A DNA stretch of 64,000 bases, from NCBI RefSeq assembly GCF_020745735.1, contig NC_083409.1, positions 9,785,534 through 9,849,533 on the forward strand, in the 5' to 3' direction. The position numbers and the translations under genes were made by a program. Positions within the stretch are counted from its first letter, which is position 1. Every line of letters begins with the position of its first letter. This document shows, one piece after another, positions 13,781 through 25,357 of the stretch. Below the pieces are notes generated by a model. That model saw only the letters and a program-made list of their open reading frames with translations. It made no database searches and was not told the DNA's origin. This DNA comes from Hemiscyllium ocellatum. Taxonomy: Eukaryota.

Positions 13781-14180
13781 TACACTCACACTTACAGAAA
13801 CACACAGCCTGCAGTATCTGTGATAGGCTGAACATCATTTCAGGTGCTATCAGGCATACAACAGAGAGTGCACAGTGCGATCCCACCAGCTGTGTCTGGA
13901 CCAACAGAGTGAGGAGGGAATGCCTCAGATTGTAATTATTGAGTCCCAACAGCCTTCGGTTTCTGTACTGTTTGCAACCTTGACAGAATCCAGATCAAAT
14001 GGATCATTTAAAAGTGATTGCTGATTGGCTGTCAGTATCACCTACAACAGACATGGAATTGATTGACAGGCAATGTAGCCAATTGTGACAATGACCTGCT
14101 GAAATGCAGCCAATCAGCTCAGGGCAGCAGTCCATTTCCAATGTACACAGCCCTCCCCTTCACTGTTTGATCATGTAGCA

Positions 14181-14410
14181 TTGCCCTCTAAGAAGGACAC
14201 TGCTTGTCACTGGCCAATTGGGTGTTTCCTTTCTTTCTGGTAGTGGAAATTGAATAAAGATTTGTACACCTTGTGTCTTTCACTGCGTCCCACACCTGCA
14301 TACACACAACATGGGTGCTGGGGAAAGTATACGCAGTACGACAGTTAGGCGATGGTGTGGGGGTGTTATAAAGTAAAAGAACAGGAGTGTCAGATATCCT
14401 CTTACTTAAA
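14181..14410 (+). mobile_element. Unclassified interspersed repeat, inserted in copy A only
   Basis: Matches 31066-31290 and is absent at the paralogous position in copy B (~34880). Confidence 0.7.
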
Positions 14411-14982
14411 AAAAATCCAAAGTACACTGAGACTGAATCTTCTTTATCGTTATTCCCCTTTTCCAGATTGACATTGACAGAAAACAGTCAGCAATTAACA
14501 GCCCAGACAGAGGAAGCTGCACAAATTCACAGCCACAATGGAGCTTGAGGAAAACACTTGTGGAGATTTTCTCAACAACATGAGAATCCTGTCCCTATAA
14601 ACAGTGACAAAACCTTAAATTGGAACTGGCGGCTGAGCAGGAAGGAGATCTGGTTTACTGAAGCAGAGACTTCTGAGGTTCACATTGTTTTTGTACAGCT
14701 GACAGTCTTCAGCATCTTTGGAAGTTTTTACTTGGCATCGCAACACAACACTGTTCCCAACATACACTCCCAGGACAAGGACAACATGAGGTTTGACACA
14801 GCATGAAACTCTCTCTAAACTGTCCCAATAACCTGCCTTAACTCCTGAACCTCAGAAGTGACTCTGAGCCAGTCCTGAGAAGGAAGAGAGTTGAAATTCA
14901 GTGCTGACAATGACCTTTGTCCTGCCAGCTCAGCCCGGTTCTATTTAAAGTTGTGTCTCCTCTGTGGACTGTCTCCAACACT

Positions 14983-15320
14983 CTACACACATTCAGATCT
15001 CATGATGCTCTTGCTGAGGGGAGAGGTGAGGGTCACGTGGGTGAGAGCACAGGAGAAACGAGCGTTGGACTCCCAGTCAGACCCAGAGAGGGTCAGCAGG
15101 CTGCTGACACTGTAGGTGCTGTCCAAAGCTCGCAGGTAGTTGCTGGTCTGAACCCTGTACGAAATGACGGCACCGTCCTTCTTCCACTGCACCTCCAGCT
15201 CATCGGGATAGAAATGGTTGGCAAGGCACACCAGGGTGGCAGTGCCCTTGGCATTGACCTGTTCCTGGGGGGGGGGAGGTGGGGGGGCAGCAGGGTCAGC
15301 TTGGGCTGGGTTGTCAAAAC
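14983..15320 (-). CDS. IGKC: Ig kappa-type light-chain constant exon, cluster 1 (C1); frame open but N-terminal part altered by compensating frameshifts
   Basis: Acceptor ttgtttctcttgtctttcAG at 15321-15322, phase 1. Translates (x)FDNPAQADPAAPPPPPPQEQVNAKGTATLVCLANHFYPDELEVQWKKDG...FSCALTHVTLTSPLSKSIMRSECV*. It has the C1-set Cys/Trp/Cys plus the terminal interchain Cys, and closely resembles shark kappa (NS4-type) C regions from memory. Confidence 0.93.
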
Positions 15321-16689
15321 CTGAAAGACAAGAGAAACAATTGTAATCCCTTCAAATTTTAATTCAAAGGGGTTTCAACTCTTCGAACATTAACTGGCAA
15401 AACAATCCATTTGAACATTTGTAGTCAATACCTAACAAACCAGACAAAAGAACAGGCATTGTTCAAATTGCTTCTTGGGATGTGAATGACACTGGCAGGG
15501 CCAGTGTTTATTGCCCATCCCTAATTGCCCCTGAGAAGGTGATGGTGACGCATCAGAGAGAGAAGGGACAGTTTTAGACCATTGTTTATAGAATGACTGT
15601 GGGCAGCTGGAAGGGTTATCACTGGGGGACTATTTCAGTGATCGTGATCAGAAATTAGTGACATTGAGCTTAGGGATGGAAATGGAGAACCATGGAGCCT
15701 GGGTAAGAGTTTTCATTTGGAAATGAACCATTTTACTAAATTGTGCGGTGATTTGGTAAAGGTGGACTGGCAACAGCGACTGGACGGGAACTCAGTGTCA
15801 GGGCAGTGGGAGCCCTTGAAGGACGAGACAGAGATCATTCAGAATCTGTTCCCACAAAGGGTGAGGGTGGGGATGTACAAATCTAGACTCTCAGTCCGGG
15901 ATGTGTCAAAACAGGCAGAGTAGGTCAGACCAAACAGGGAAGGTGATGTTGGTTATCTCGTGTTCAATCCTGCAGAAAGCTGAGAGAAGGATAGAAAATG
16001 CAGGAGTGAAATTGAACAAGACCAGAGGAAGGCAAAGAGCTGACAGGATGAAATGGAATAATAGAATTTACAGTACAAAAGGAGGCTATTCAACCCATCA
16101 TGTCTGTCCTGGTTCTAGAAAGAGCTGTCCAGCCAGCCCCACTCTCCAGTCTGATCTCTGTTGCCCTCTAACTTCATCAATTTCAAATATACACGTTGAA
16201 ACCTCCAACAGAATCCACCTCCACCATCCTGTCAGGCAGCAGTTTCCAAATCCTAACAACTCTCTTCGTAAAGACATTCCTCCTCACCTCACTCCTGGCT
16301 GTCCTGCTGACAATCTTGAAATTGTTACCCAAAATTACAGACATACCAACTCATGGAAACAGAATATCCTCCTTAACACTGTCAAAAATTGTTCAAAACA
16401 GTGAACAACTCTATAAGATCACCTCTTAATCTTCTCTGCTCAGAGCAGAATAAGCCCAATCTCTCTAATCTTTCCTTGTATTGACAATCCTTCATTCCTG
16501 GTATCATTCCAATAAAACTCCTTTGAACTCTCTCCAGGGTTTTAATATTGTTCTTTAAATAAGGTGCTCAGAACTGAACACAATCCTCCAAGTATGGTCT
16601 AATCAGTGATTTATAGAGGTGGAGCATCAGTTCCTTGCTTTTATACTTTATTCTCTATTTTAAAACCCACAGATCCTGTAAGCTTATAA

Positions 16690-18420
16690 CTAAAAATGTA
16701 ATAAGGGGATAGAAGATGAAATACGAGGGTAAGCCAGCTGGTAATATAAAAGAAGATTGCAAGACTTTTTTGTTGAAATATAAAAGCTAAGAGGAAGGCA
16801 AGACTGGATGTTGGGATGCTGGAAAATGAGGCTGGAGAAGTACTAACAGGGAACAAGGAAATGGCAGAGGATCTGAATAGTGACTTTACATCAGTCTTCA
16901 TGGTGGAAGACACCAGTAGTATACCAGAACTTAAAGAGATTCAGGGTCAGGGATGAGAGTAATGGTTATCACCGAGGAGAAGGTGCTGGGGAAGCTGGAA
17001 GTTCTGAGATGGATAGATCAGCCGGAGTGGATAGACAACATCCCAGAGTTTGAAGGAGATAGCTGAGCAGATTGTGGAGGTATTGATGGTGATCTTTCAG
17101 GAATCACTGGAGTCAGGGAGAGTCCAAGAGGACTGTAAAATGGTTAATGTAACTCCCCTGTTTAGGAAAGGAGGGAGGCAGAAGATGGGAAATTATAGGC
17201 TGGCTAGTCTCACCTCAGTCTTCAGTAAGATCATAGACTTCAGTTTAAGGATGAGATTGCAGGGGAGTTGGAAGTGTATGGTCAAGTCGGGCTGTGTCAG
17301 CATGGCTTCATCAAGGGGAGGCCTGACAAATCTGTTCGAACTCTTGGAGGAAGGAATGAACAAGTGAGATAAATGAGAACCAGTGGACGTGATCTATTTG
17401 GATGTACAGGAAGCATTTGACAATGTGCCGTACAGGATGCTACTAAAGAAGAGAAGAGACCGTGATGTTAGGGACAAGGTCCTGGCATGGATAGAAGCTT
17501 GGCCGCCTGGCAGAAGGCAGAGAGTGGGATAAAAGGATCTTTTTCAGGATGGCAACCGGTGACTACTGTGGGTATGCTAAGGTCCATGCTGGGACTACAG
17601 TTATGAATGAATTATTAATTAATGATCTGAATAAAGGATCTGATGGCATTGCTGTCAAATCTGCAGGTAACCCAAAGATAAGTGGAGGGACCATGTTGAG
17701 GAAGTGGAGAATCTGAAGGAGGAGTTGATCAGGCTCAGAGAGTGGACAAAGAAGTGGCAGATTGAATACAATGTGGGAAAGTGTGAGCTTATGCACTTTA
17801 GTAGGAAGGATAAAGGCATAGACTGTTTACTAAATGAGGAAAGGATTCAGAAATCTGAATCACAAAGGGATTGAGGAGTCATAATCAGGTTTTTCTCAAC
17901 GTTAGCATGTTGGTTCAGTTGGCAGTTAGGAGCACAAATGCAATTTCAGCATTCATTTCGCGAAGGCTGGAATACAAGAACAGGGACGTATTGCTGAAGC
18001 TGTATAAGGCTCTGGTCAGAACACAATTCATGTATTGTGAACAGTTTTGGGCCCTGTATATAAGGAAGAATGTGCAGGCATTGGAGGGTGTACAGAAGAG
18101 TTTTAAAAGAATGATCTTGGGGATGAAGGGCTTATCATATGAGGAACAGTTGAGGATTCAATGGAGTTTAGAAGGATGAGAGGAATCTCATTGAAACTTA
18201 CAGAATGCTGAGAGACCTGTCTAGAGTGGACACAGAGAAGATGTTTCCAACAGGGGAAGAGACCGGGACCCAACGGCAGAGTGAAGGGAAGACCCTTTTG
18301 AAGTGAGATAAGGAGGAATTCCTTCCACCATAGGTTTGTGAACCTGTGGAACTCACTGCTGCAGAAAGATATGGAGGCCATGTCATTGAGCGTACTTCAC
18401 ACAGAGATTGCTAGGTCCTG
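16690..18420 (+). mobile_element. Decayed CR1-type LINE ORF2 in the J-C intron (paralog ~37360-39785)
   Basis: CR1 RT motifs (NVTPLFRKGGRQKMGNYR; LYKALVR), many lesions. Confidence 0.85.
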
Positions 18421-18424
18421 AATG

Positions 18425-19330
18425 CTTCCCACCATGACAGCAGGAAGTGTGGTCAGTGACAGCAGTTGGAGCTCCGGGTTTTGGAGCTTGAGCAGCAGCT
18501 GGTGTCAGTGCAGAGCGTCCGTGAGGCTGAGAGCTCCGTGGAGAGCAAGTTTCTTGATGTGGTCACTCTGCAGCTTCAGCGTATGCAGGGAGAGAGGGAA
18601 TGGGGAGCAGCAGACAGTCCAAAAGGACCAAGCAGCTAGTACAGGAATCCCTTGAGTGCATCCCACTCTCCAACCAGGACTCATTTCAGAATCCTGATGA
18701 GAATGATGGTTCATCTGGGGAGTGCAGCCAGAGCCAATTCCATGGCACCATGGGGGCTCAGCTGTCCAGGGGGGCACAAGGAAGACTGGAAGAGCGATAG
18801 TAAGAGGAGATTTGAGAGTGAGGGCTATCGATAGGAGTTTCTGCAGCTGCAGATGGGAATCCAGGATGGTGTGTTGTCTCCCTGGTGCCAGGGTCAAGGA
18901 TGTGACTGAGCGACTGCACAACACCCTGAGGGGAGCGGGGGGAACAGGCAACAGTCATGGTCCACATCGGTCCCAGTGACAGCGGGAGAAAAGTGATGTG
19001 GTCCTGCAGTCAGAATTTAGGGAGCTCAGGAAGGAATTAGCAGCAGGAACTAAAATGTAGGAATCTCCAGATTATTTCCAGTGCTCCATGCAAGTGAGAA
19101 TAGGAACTGGAGGATAAGTCAGGTGACTGTGGGGATGGAGAGAGGATCCAGGAGGGAGGATTTTTGATTGTTGGGACACCAGGACTGGGTCTGGGGGAGA
19201 CGGGACTTGAAGAGAACAGGTGGATTGCTCCTGATCAGAGCTAGGACAGATTTCCTTGTGGGGTAATTTGTTAAGTGTTATTGGGGAGGATTTAAACTAA
19301 TTTGGCAGGGCTATGGAAACCAGGATGCAA
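18425..19330 (+). mobile_element. CR1-type ORF1 (SGNH esterase-like) remnant, paralog of 39945-40630
   Basis: RAIVRGD...RMVCCLPGARVKDV motif; about 90% similar by eye to the copy-B segment. Confidence 0.75.
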
Positions 19331-19339
19331 CATCAGAGA

Positions 19340-22300
19340 GGAACGCCAAGGACTGGGAGGTCATGTTGCGGCTGCACAGGACATTGGTGAGGCCACTGTT
19401 GGAATATTGCGTGCAATTCTGGTCTCCTTCCTATCGGAAAGATGTTGCAAAACTTGAAAGGGTTCAGAAAAGACTTACAAGGATGTTGCCAAGGTTGGAG
19501 GATCTGAGCTACTGGGAGAGGCTGAACAGGCTGGGGCTGTTTTCCCTGGAGTGTCGGAGGCTGAGGGGTGACCTTATAGAGGTTTACAAAATTATGAGAG
19601 GCATGGATAGGATAAATAGGCAAAGTCTTTTCCCTGGGGTAGGGGAATCCAGAACTAGAGGGCATAGGTTTAGGGTGTGAGGGGAAAGATATAAAAGGGG
19701 CAACTTTTTCATGCAGAGGGTGGTACATGCATGGAATGAGGTGCCAGAGGATGTGGTGGAGGCTGGTACAATTGCAACATTTAAGAGGCATTTGGATGGG
19801 TATAAGAATAGGAAGGGTTTGGAAGGATATGGGCCAGGTGCTGGCAGGTGGGACTAGATTGGGATGGGATATCTCATCGGCATGGATGGGTTGGACCGAA
19901 GAGTCTGTTTCTCTCTGACTCTATGAACACAGAATCCTCAGTGCAGTCTATGTTTCACCAACCAGTGGGCTGGATGCAGAGGAATAAATCTCCAAGTAAC
20001 TTACAGAGAAGTGGAACCATTACTGAGTTATTATAATGGGGGACTTTAATTATCTGAATTTAGCCTGTGATTGGAGCAGTGTCACAGGCAGATCTTGGCC
20101 AGCATTGTGGGAGTGTGTTCAGGTGAATTTTCTCCAGTTGTGTGTTTCCAATCCAATGAGAAAGGAGGCTCTGCTCAGCCTGGATTTTGGGAATGAGGAG
20201 GCTCAAGTAGATCAAGTGTCAGAGAGAGGACATTTAGGGAAGAGTGATCATTGTATCGCAAAGTTTAGGGAGACAGTGGAAAAGAACAAAGGCCATTCGG
20301 GGGTCAAAATGACCAAATGGGGAAAGCACCAACTTCCATGGAGTAAGGACACATCAGCTCTGAATAATCTAAAGTCAAAGGTTGGCAAGAAATTCCTGAG
20401 GTGAATAATATGGGATATAGATCAGGAACAGTCGAAGTACACTTAAGGGAGGGCAAGCAATTCCTGAGCCCTTTTGAGGGCAGAAGTGGAAGAATTAAAG
20501 TGAATAAAAAGGAGATTTTAAGAAGGGGAGTCGAGACAAACCTGACCAGTGAGCCTTACTTCGGTTGTGGGTAAGTGTTCGAAAAATTTCTAAGAGATAG
20601 GATTTATAATCATCCAGAGAGAAATAAGTTGATTTGGGACACTCAACAAGGTTTTATGAAGGGTAGGTCGTGTCTCACAAACCTGATTAAGTTCTTTGAG
20701 ATGGTGACCAAACAGGGGGATGAGGGTAAAGTGGTTGATGTGATGTATATGAATTTCAGTAAGGCATTTGATAAGGTTCCCCACGGTAGGGTATTGCACA
20801 AAATACAGAGGCATCGGATTGAGGGTGACTTAGTGGTTTGGATCAGACATTGGCTTGCTGAAAGAGGACAGAGGGTGATGGTTGATGGGAAATGTTCATC
20901 CTGCAGTTCAGTTACTAGTGGTGTTACACAAGGATCTGTTTTGGAGTCATTGTTGATTGTCATTTTTATAAATGAGCTTGATGAGGGTGCAGAAGGATGG
21001 GTTAGTAATTTTGCGAATAACACTGAGGTCAGTGTAGTTGTGGATAATGCCGAAGGATATTGTAGATTACACAAGTATATAGATAAGCTGCAGAGGCGGT
21101 CTGAGAGGTGACAAATGGAGTTTAATGTGGACAAGTGTGAGATGATTCATTTTGGAAAGTGCAACAGGAATAAAGAGTACTGGGCTAATGGTAAGATTCT
21201 TGGTAGTATAGGTGAGCAGAGAGATCTTGGTGTCCATATACATAGATTTGTGAAAGTTGCCACCCAGGTTGATAGGGTTGTTAAGAAGGCGTAAGGTTTG
21301 TATGTTAGCTTTTATTGGCAGAGCGATTGAGTTTTGGAGCCATGAGGTCATGTTGCAGCTGTACAAAACTCTGGTGCGGCCGCACTTGGGGTATTGCGTA
21401 CAATTCTGGTCACAGCATTATTGGGAGGATGTGGAAGCTTTGGAAAGGGTTCAGAGGAGATTGACTAGGATGTTACCTGGTATGGAGGAAAGGTCTTATG
21501 AGGAAAGGCTAAGGGATTTGAGACTGTTTTCATTAGAGGGAAGAAGGTTGAGAGATGACTTAATTGAGACATACAAGATAATCAGAGGATTAGAAAGGGT
21601 GGACAGTGAGAGCCTTTTTCCCCAGATGGTGATGGATAGCATGAGGGGACATTACTTCAAATTGAGCGGTGATAAATTTTGGACAGATGTCAGGGGTAGC
21701 TTCTTTATTCAGAGAGAATTAGGGGAGTGGAATGCACTGCCTGCAACAGTGGTATATTTGCCAACTTTAAGGGCATTGAAATGGTTATTGGATAAACATG
21801 TGGAATGAAAATGGAATAGTGTGGGATAGATAGGCTACAGATTGGTTCCACACCTCAGTGCAACATCGAGGACTGAAGGGCCTGTACTGTGCTGTAATGT
21901 TCTATGTTCTGTGTTCTTTGAATAATAAAAGGGCAAAAGATTAGCTGGGGACTGAATAGCACCCCTTAAGGATAAATGAGGTCACATATGTGTGGGCCCA
22001 GAGAAGACAGGTGACATCCTAAAGGGATATTTCACGAATATATATACTGGGGAGAAAGACATGAAAGCTTGGGAACTCAGGGAAATAAATAACAATGTCT
22101 TGACAAGAATCCTCATTACAGAAGAGGAGCTCGTAAAATGCATAAATTTGATAAATCTGATCGATGACTCTAAGTGTATCCCAGGACAATGTGAGAAGCT
22201 AGAGAAGAGATTGCTGTATCCCTTGCTGATATATTTGTATTATCAACAGTCATGGGTGAGTTGCTGTCTGATTCGAGGGTGGCTAATGTTGTGCCATTAT

Positions 22301-23700
22301 TGAGGAAACGCTGCGAGGAAAAGCCAAGGAACTACAGGCCAGTGAGTCTAACACCAGTGGTGTGTAAGTTGTTGGAAGGAATTCTGAGAGACAGCATCTA
22401 CATGCATTTGGAAAGGCAAGGACTAATTTGGGATTGTCATCAGTTTTTTTTTGTGGAACCTTGTGCTATTGTTGTTCACTATTTATATAAATGATTTGTA
22501 TGTGAAGAAAGGATGAATCATTAGTACATTTGTGGAAGACACCAAAATTGGTGGCATAGTGGACGCTGAAGAAGATTATCTGAGAGCACAAAGGGATCTT
22601 GATCAACTGGGCCATTGGGCGGAGGAATGGCAGATGGAGTTTAATTCAGATAAATGCAAGGTGCTGCTTTTTGGTAAGACAGAGGAGATGGGTGAGATCT
22701 TAAACAAATAATTTGCAGCTGTGTTTACTGTGGAGAATGACATGGAAGCCAGGGAACAGTGGATGTGGACAGTGACAAACCCAGCATGGGGTTAAGTTGT
22801 AAAGTTTCATTTATATCTAACTATGTATATTGGTAGTGGAAGTAGGGTTGAGTGTCTATTATTACATACAACATGTAGTTATGAATGTGTCAGTACAGGA
22901 GGTGGTGCTGTGTGTATTGAGATTTTTTTACAGCTTCTGGGATCTGATCAGGTGTATCCCAGAATACTGTGTGAATCTTGGGAAGAGATTGCTGGGCCCC
23001 TTGCTGAGATATTTGTGTCATTAACAGCCATGGGTGAGGAGCCAGAGAACTGGAGAGGTTGGCTAATGCTGTGCCATTATTTCAGAAAGGCTGTAAGGAA
23101 AAGCCAGGGAAATATAGACCGTTGAGCCTGATGTCAGCGGTGGGTACATTGTTTTGAGGGGATTCTGAGGGATGGAGGTTTTTTGAAGTAGTGGCAAAGA
23201 AGATTGATAAAGGCAGACATTTTCAACATGGACTTCAGCAAAGTATTTCACAAGATTCCACATAGTACACAGGTTAGAAAGGTTAGATCACATGGGATCC
23301 AGGGGTACAATTTGGATATAAAATTAGCTTGAAGATAGGAGACAAAGAATGTTGGCAGGGAGCTAATTTTCAGACTGGGGGTCTGTGACCAGTGGTATGC
23401 CACAAGGATTGATGCTGACTTTTGTAATTTGAAAGCATGATTTGGATGTGAATGTAGGTGTGACAAATCGTGAGTTTACTAACTGTATATTATACTATGC
23501 AGTATATAGTAAAGAAGATTATTTCAGAGTACAGCAGGACCTTGATCAGATAAGGCAATGGGTGGAGGAGTGGCAGATGTGTTCAATATAGAGAAAGTGA
23601 GATGCTGCATTTCGGAAAGCCAAACCAGGGAGAACCCATACAGTGAATTGTCAGGCCCTGTGGAGTGTTGCTGAGCAAAGGTGTTGTTCATCTGTTGCCG
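19340..23700 (+). mobile_element. Stacked CR1-type LINE fragments (19340-19925, 20030-21910, 21990-23700)
   Basis: RT ORF pieces such as GRSCLTNLIKFF, FSKAFDKVPH, SGVTQGSVL and LVRPHLGYCVQFWS. Confidence 0.85.
22762..22936 (+). repeat. Direct copy of the V1 RSS-flanking sequence 25172-25345 embedded in a LINE
   Basis: About 175 nt with 4 differences from 25172-25345; includes the V1 nonamer and part of the spacer. Confidence 0.92.
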
Positions 23701-24559
23701 GGACTGGAGGGTTTGAGCTATCAGGAGAAACCAAAGCTCATTCCAGTAGTGAGGAACGTCAGTGATGAAGGTGGATCGGAGAAGTCGGGACTGAGTTCCT
23801 GAGAGAAGAGAAGGCTGAGAGGAGGTTTGTTCAAGGAATTCAGCATCATGAGGGGTTTGGATCCAGTAAATACGGAGAAAAAATTCCCAATCGGGAAAAG
23901 GATTGAGTGCGAGAGGCCACAGATTGAAAGTAATTGTTCAAAGAAACAAAAGTAAAATGAGGAAAAAACATTTTCAGCCAGTGGGTAGTTAAGGTGTGGA
24001 ATGCACTGCCTGAGAGTGTGGTGGAGGCAGCTTCAATTAAAACATTCTGAAGGGAATGAGACTGTTATTTGAAAAGGAACAATGTGCAGGGTGACAGGTA
24101 GAAGGCAGGAGAATGACACTCAGTGAATTGCTCATTCAGAGAGCCAGTAGAGACAGGGTGGGCAGAATGGTCTCCTTGTGCACTGTAACAGTTCTGTGAT
24201 TGTGTGATTGAGCAGAGTTAAAGCTGGGGGTGGTGGGAGCTCGGTGTCTCACTGTGCTGCTGCTGCTGCTGCTGCTATTGAGGTCATTGAGATCAGAGAC
24301 TGGGACAGGGAGCAAGAGCTCACATCAAACTCGGGTCTGTCACACTGAGACTGGCAGGAGGCTACTCACTGATTTCACTCCATGCTGCAGGAATGGGACC
24401 ACAGGCTGCAAATGGACAGAGCTCCTCCACACAGTGAGTAAAACTTACTGACTGGGGGCAATAGGACGACAGACATACAGCTGTACACCCTGTTAGATAC
24501 AGTGCTCCTCAATCAACCATTTCATTCATTGCAGCTCCCCACTAATACCTTCAACAATT

Positions 24560-24745
24560 GGAGGGTGGTATAATTGCAACATTTAAGAGGCATTTGGATG
24601 GGTATATGAATAGGAAGGGTTTGGAGGAATATGGGCAGTGTGCTGGCAGGTCGGACTAGATTGGATTGGGATATCTAGTCAGCATGGAAGTGTTGGACCA
24701 AAGGGTCTGTTTCCATGCTGTGCGTCGCTATGACTTTATGACTCT
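24560..24745 (+). mobile_element. 5'-truncated CR1 3' end with 6-bp target-site duplication
   Basis: Flanked by ACAATT at 24554-24559 and 24746-24751; the paralog in copy B shows the empty site. Confidence 0.85.
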
Positions 24746-24810
24746 ACAATTCAGCATTTGTGTTTTAGAAAGTTTCAGTGCTTAATAACGAAGGATTGAG
24801 GTTTACTTAC

Positions 24811-24845
24811 TCAGTCTGAGCTTGGTTCCTTTACTGAATGTGTAC
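24811..24845 (-). CDS. IGKJ: Ig kappa-type J segment, cluster 1 (J1), YTFSKGTKLRL
   Basis: G TAC ACA TTC AGT AAA GGA ACC AAG CTC AGA CTG A|GTAAGT: canonical phase-1 donor, preceded by a 23-RSS. The FGxG motif is mutated to FSKG. Confidence 0.93.
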
Positions 24846-24884
24846 CACAGTGAGAGCTCCCAGTGTAGAAGCTGTAGAAAAACC
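24846..24884 (+). promoter_or_regulatory. 23-bp-spacer recombination signal sequence of J1
   Basis: CACAGTG (24846-24852), 23-nt spacer, AGAAAAACC (24876-24884; one mismatch to ACAAAAACC). Confidence 0.93.
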
Positions 24885-25329
24885 TCTGCTCTCTGCTTCC
24901 CTTCATCACTCTCACCCTCTCCCTGTCTGTGTCTCATTCACCCTCAGACTCTCCCTGCCTCTCTCTGTCTCTTCCTCATTCATGTCTTTCTCCCTCTCTG
25001 TTTCACTCATTCTGTTTTTCTCGATGAGATGTGTCCAGCTGCACTCGGGCGATTTGTGAACTTTATTTTTCGATGTTAAATCTTGCAGCTGTTCTTCACA
25101 TGTGGCCATGGAGTGTAAAAGGGAAGCTTGAGGCCTTCAGTGAGTCGTGTACAGCACAGAGACTGGAGTGTGATGTGGACAGTGACAAACCCAGCATGGG
25201 GTTAATTTGTAAAGTTTCATTTATATCTAACTATGTGTATTGGTAGTGGAAGTAGGGTTGAGTGTCTATTATTACATACAACATGTAGTTATGAATGTGT
25301 CAGTACAGGAGGTGTGCTGTGTGTATTGA

Positions 25330-25357
25330 GATTTTTTTACGGCTTTGTATCACTGGG
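25330..25357 (-). promoter_or_regulatory. Degenerate 12-bp-spacer RSS of V1
   Basis: Minus strand: CCCAGTG (heptamer position 2 mutated), 12-nt spacer ATACAAAGCCGT, AAAAAAATC (two mismatches). Confidence 0.88.

Noticed and set aside
24382-24439. Antisense ATG-initiated mini-exon (MLQEWDHRLQMDRAPPH) with a GTGAGT donor overlapping a CACAGTG
   Set aside because: Its presence in both copies is expected from the duplication. No nonamer at 12 or 23 nt and no partner exon was found.
24230-24451. Signal-peptide-like ORF MVGARCLTVLLLLLLLL...
   Set aside because: It starts at GTG, the Leu run is a (CTG)n microsatellite that is shorter in paralog B, and no downstream domain is recognisable.
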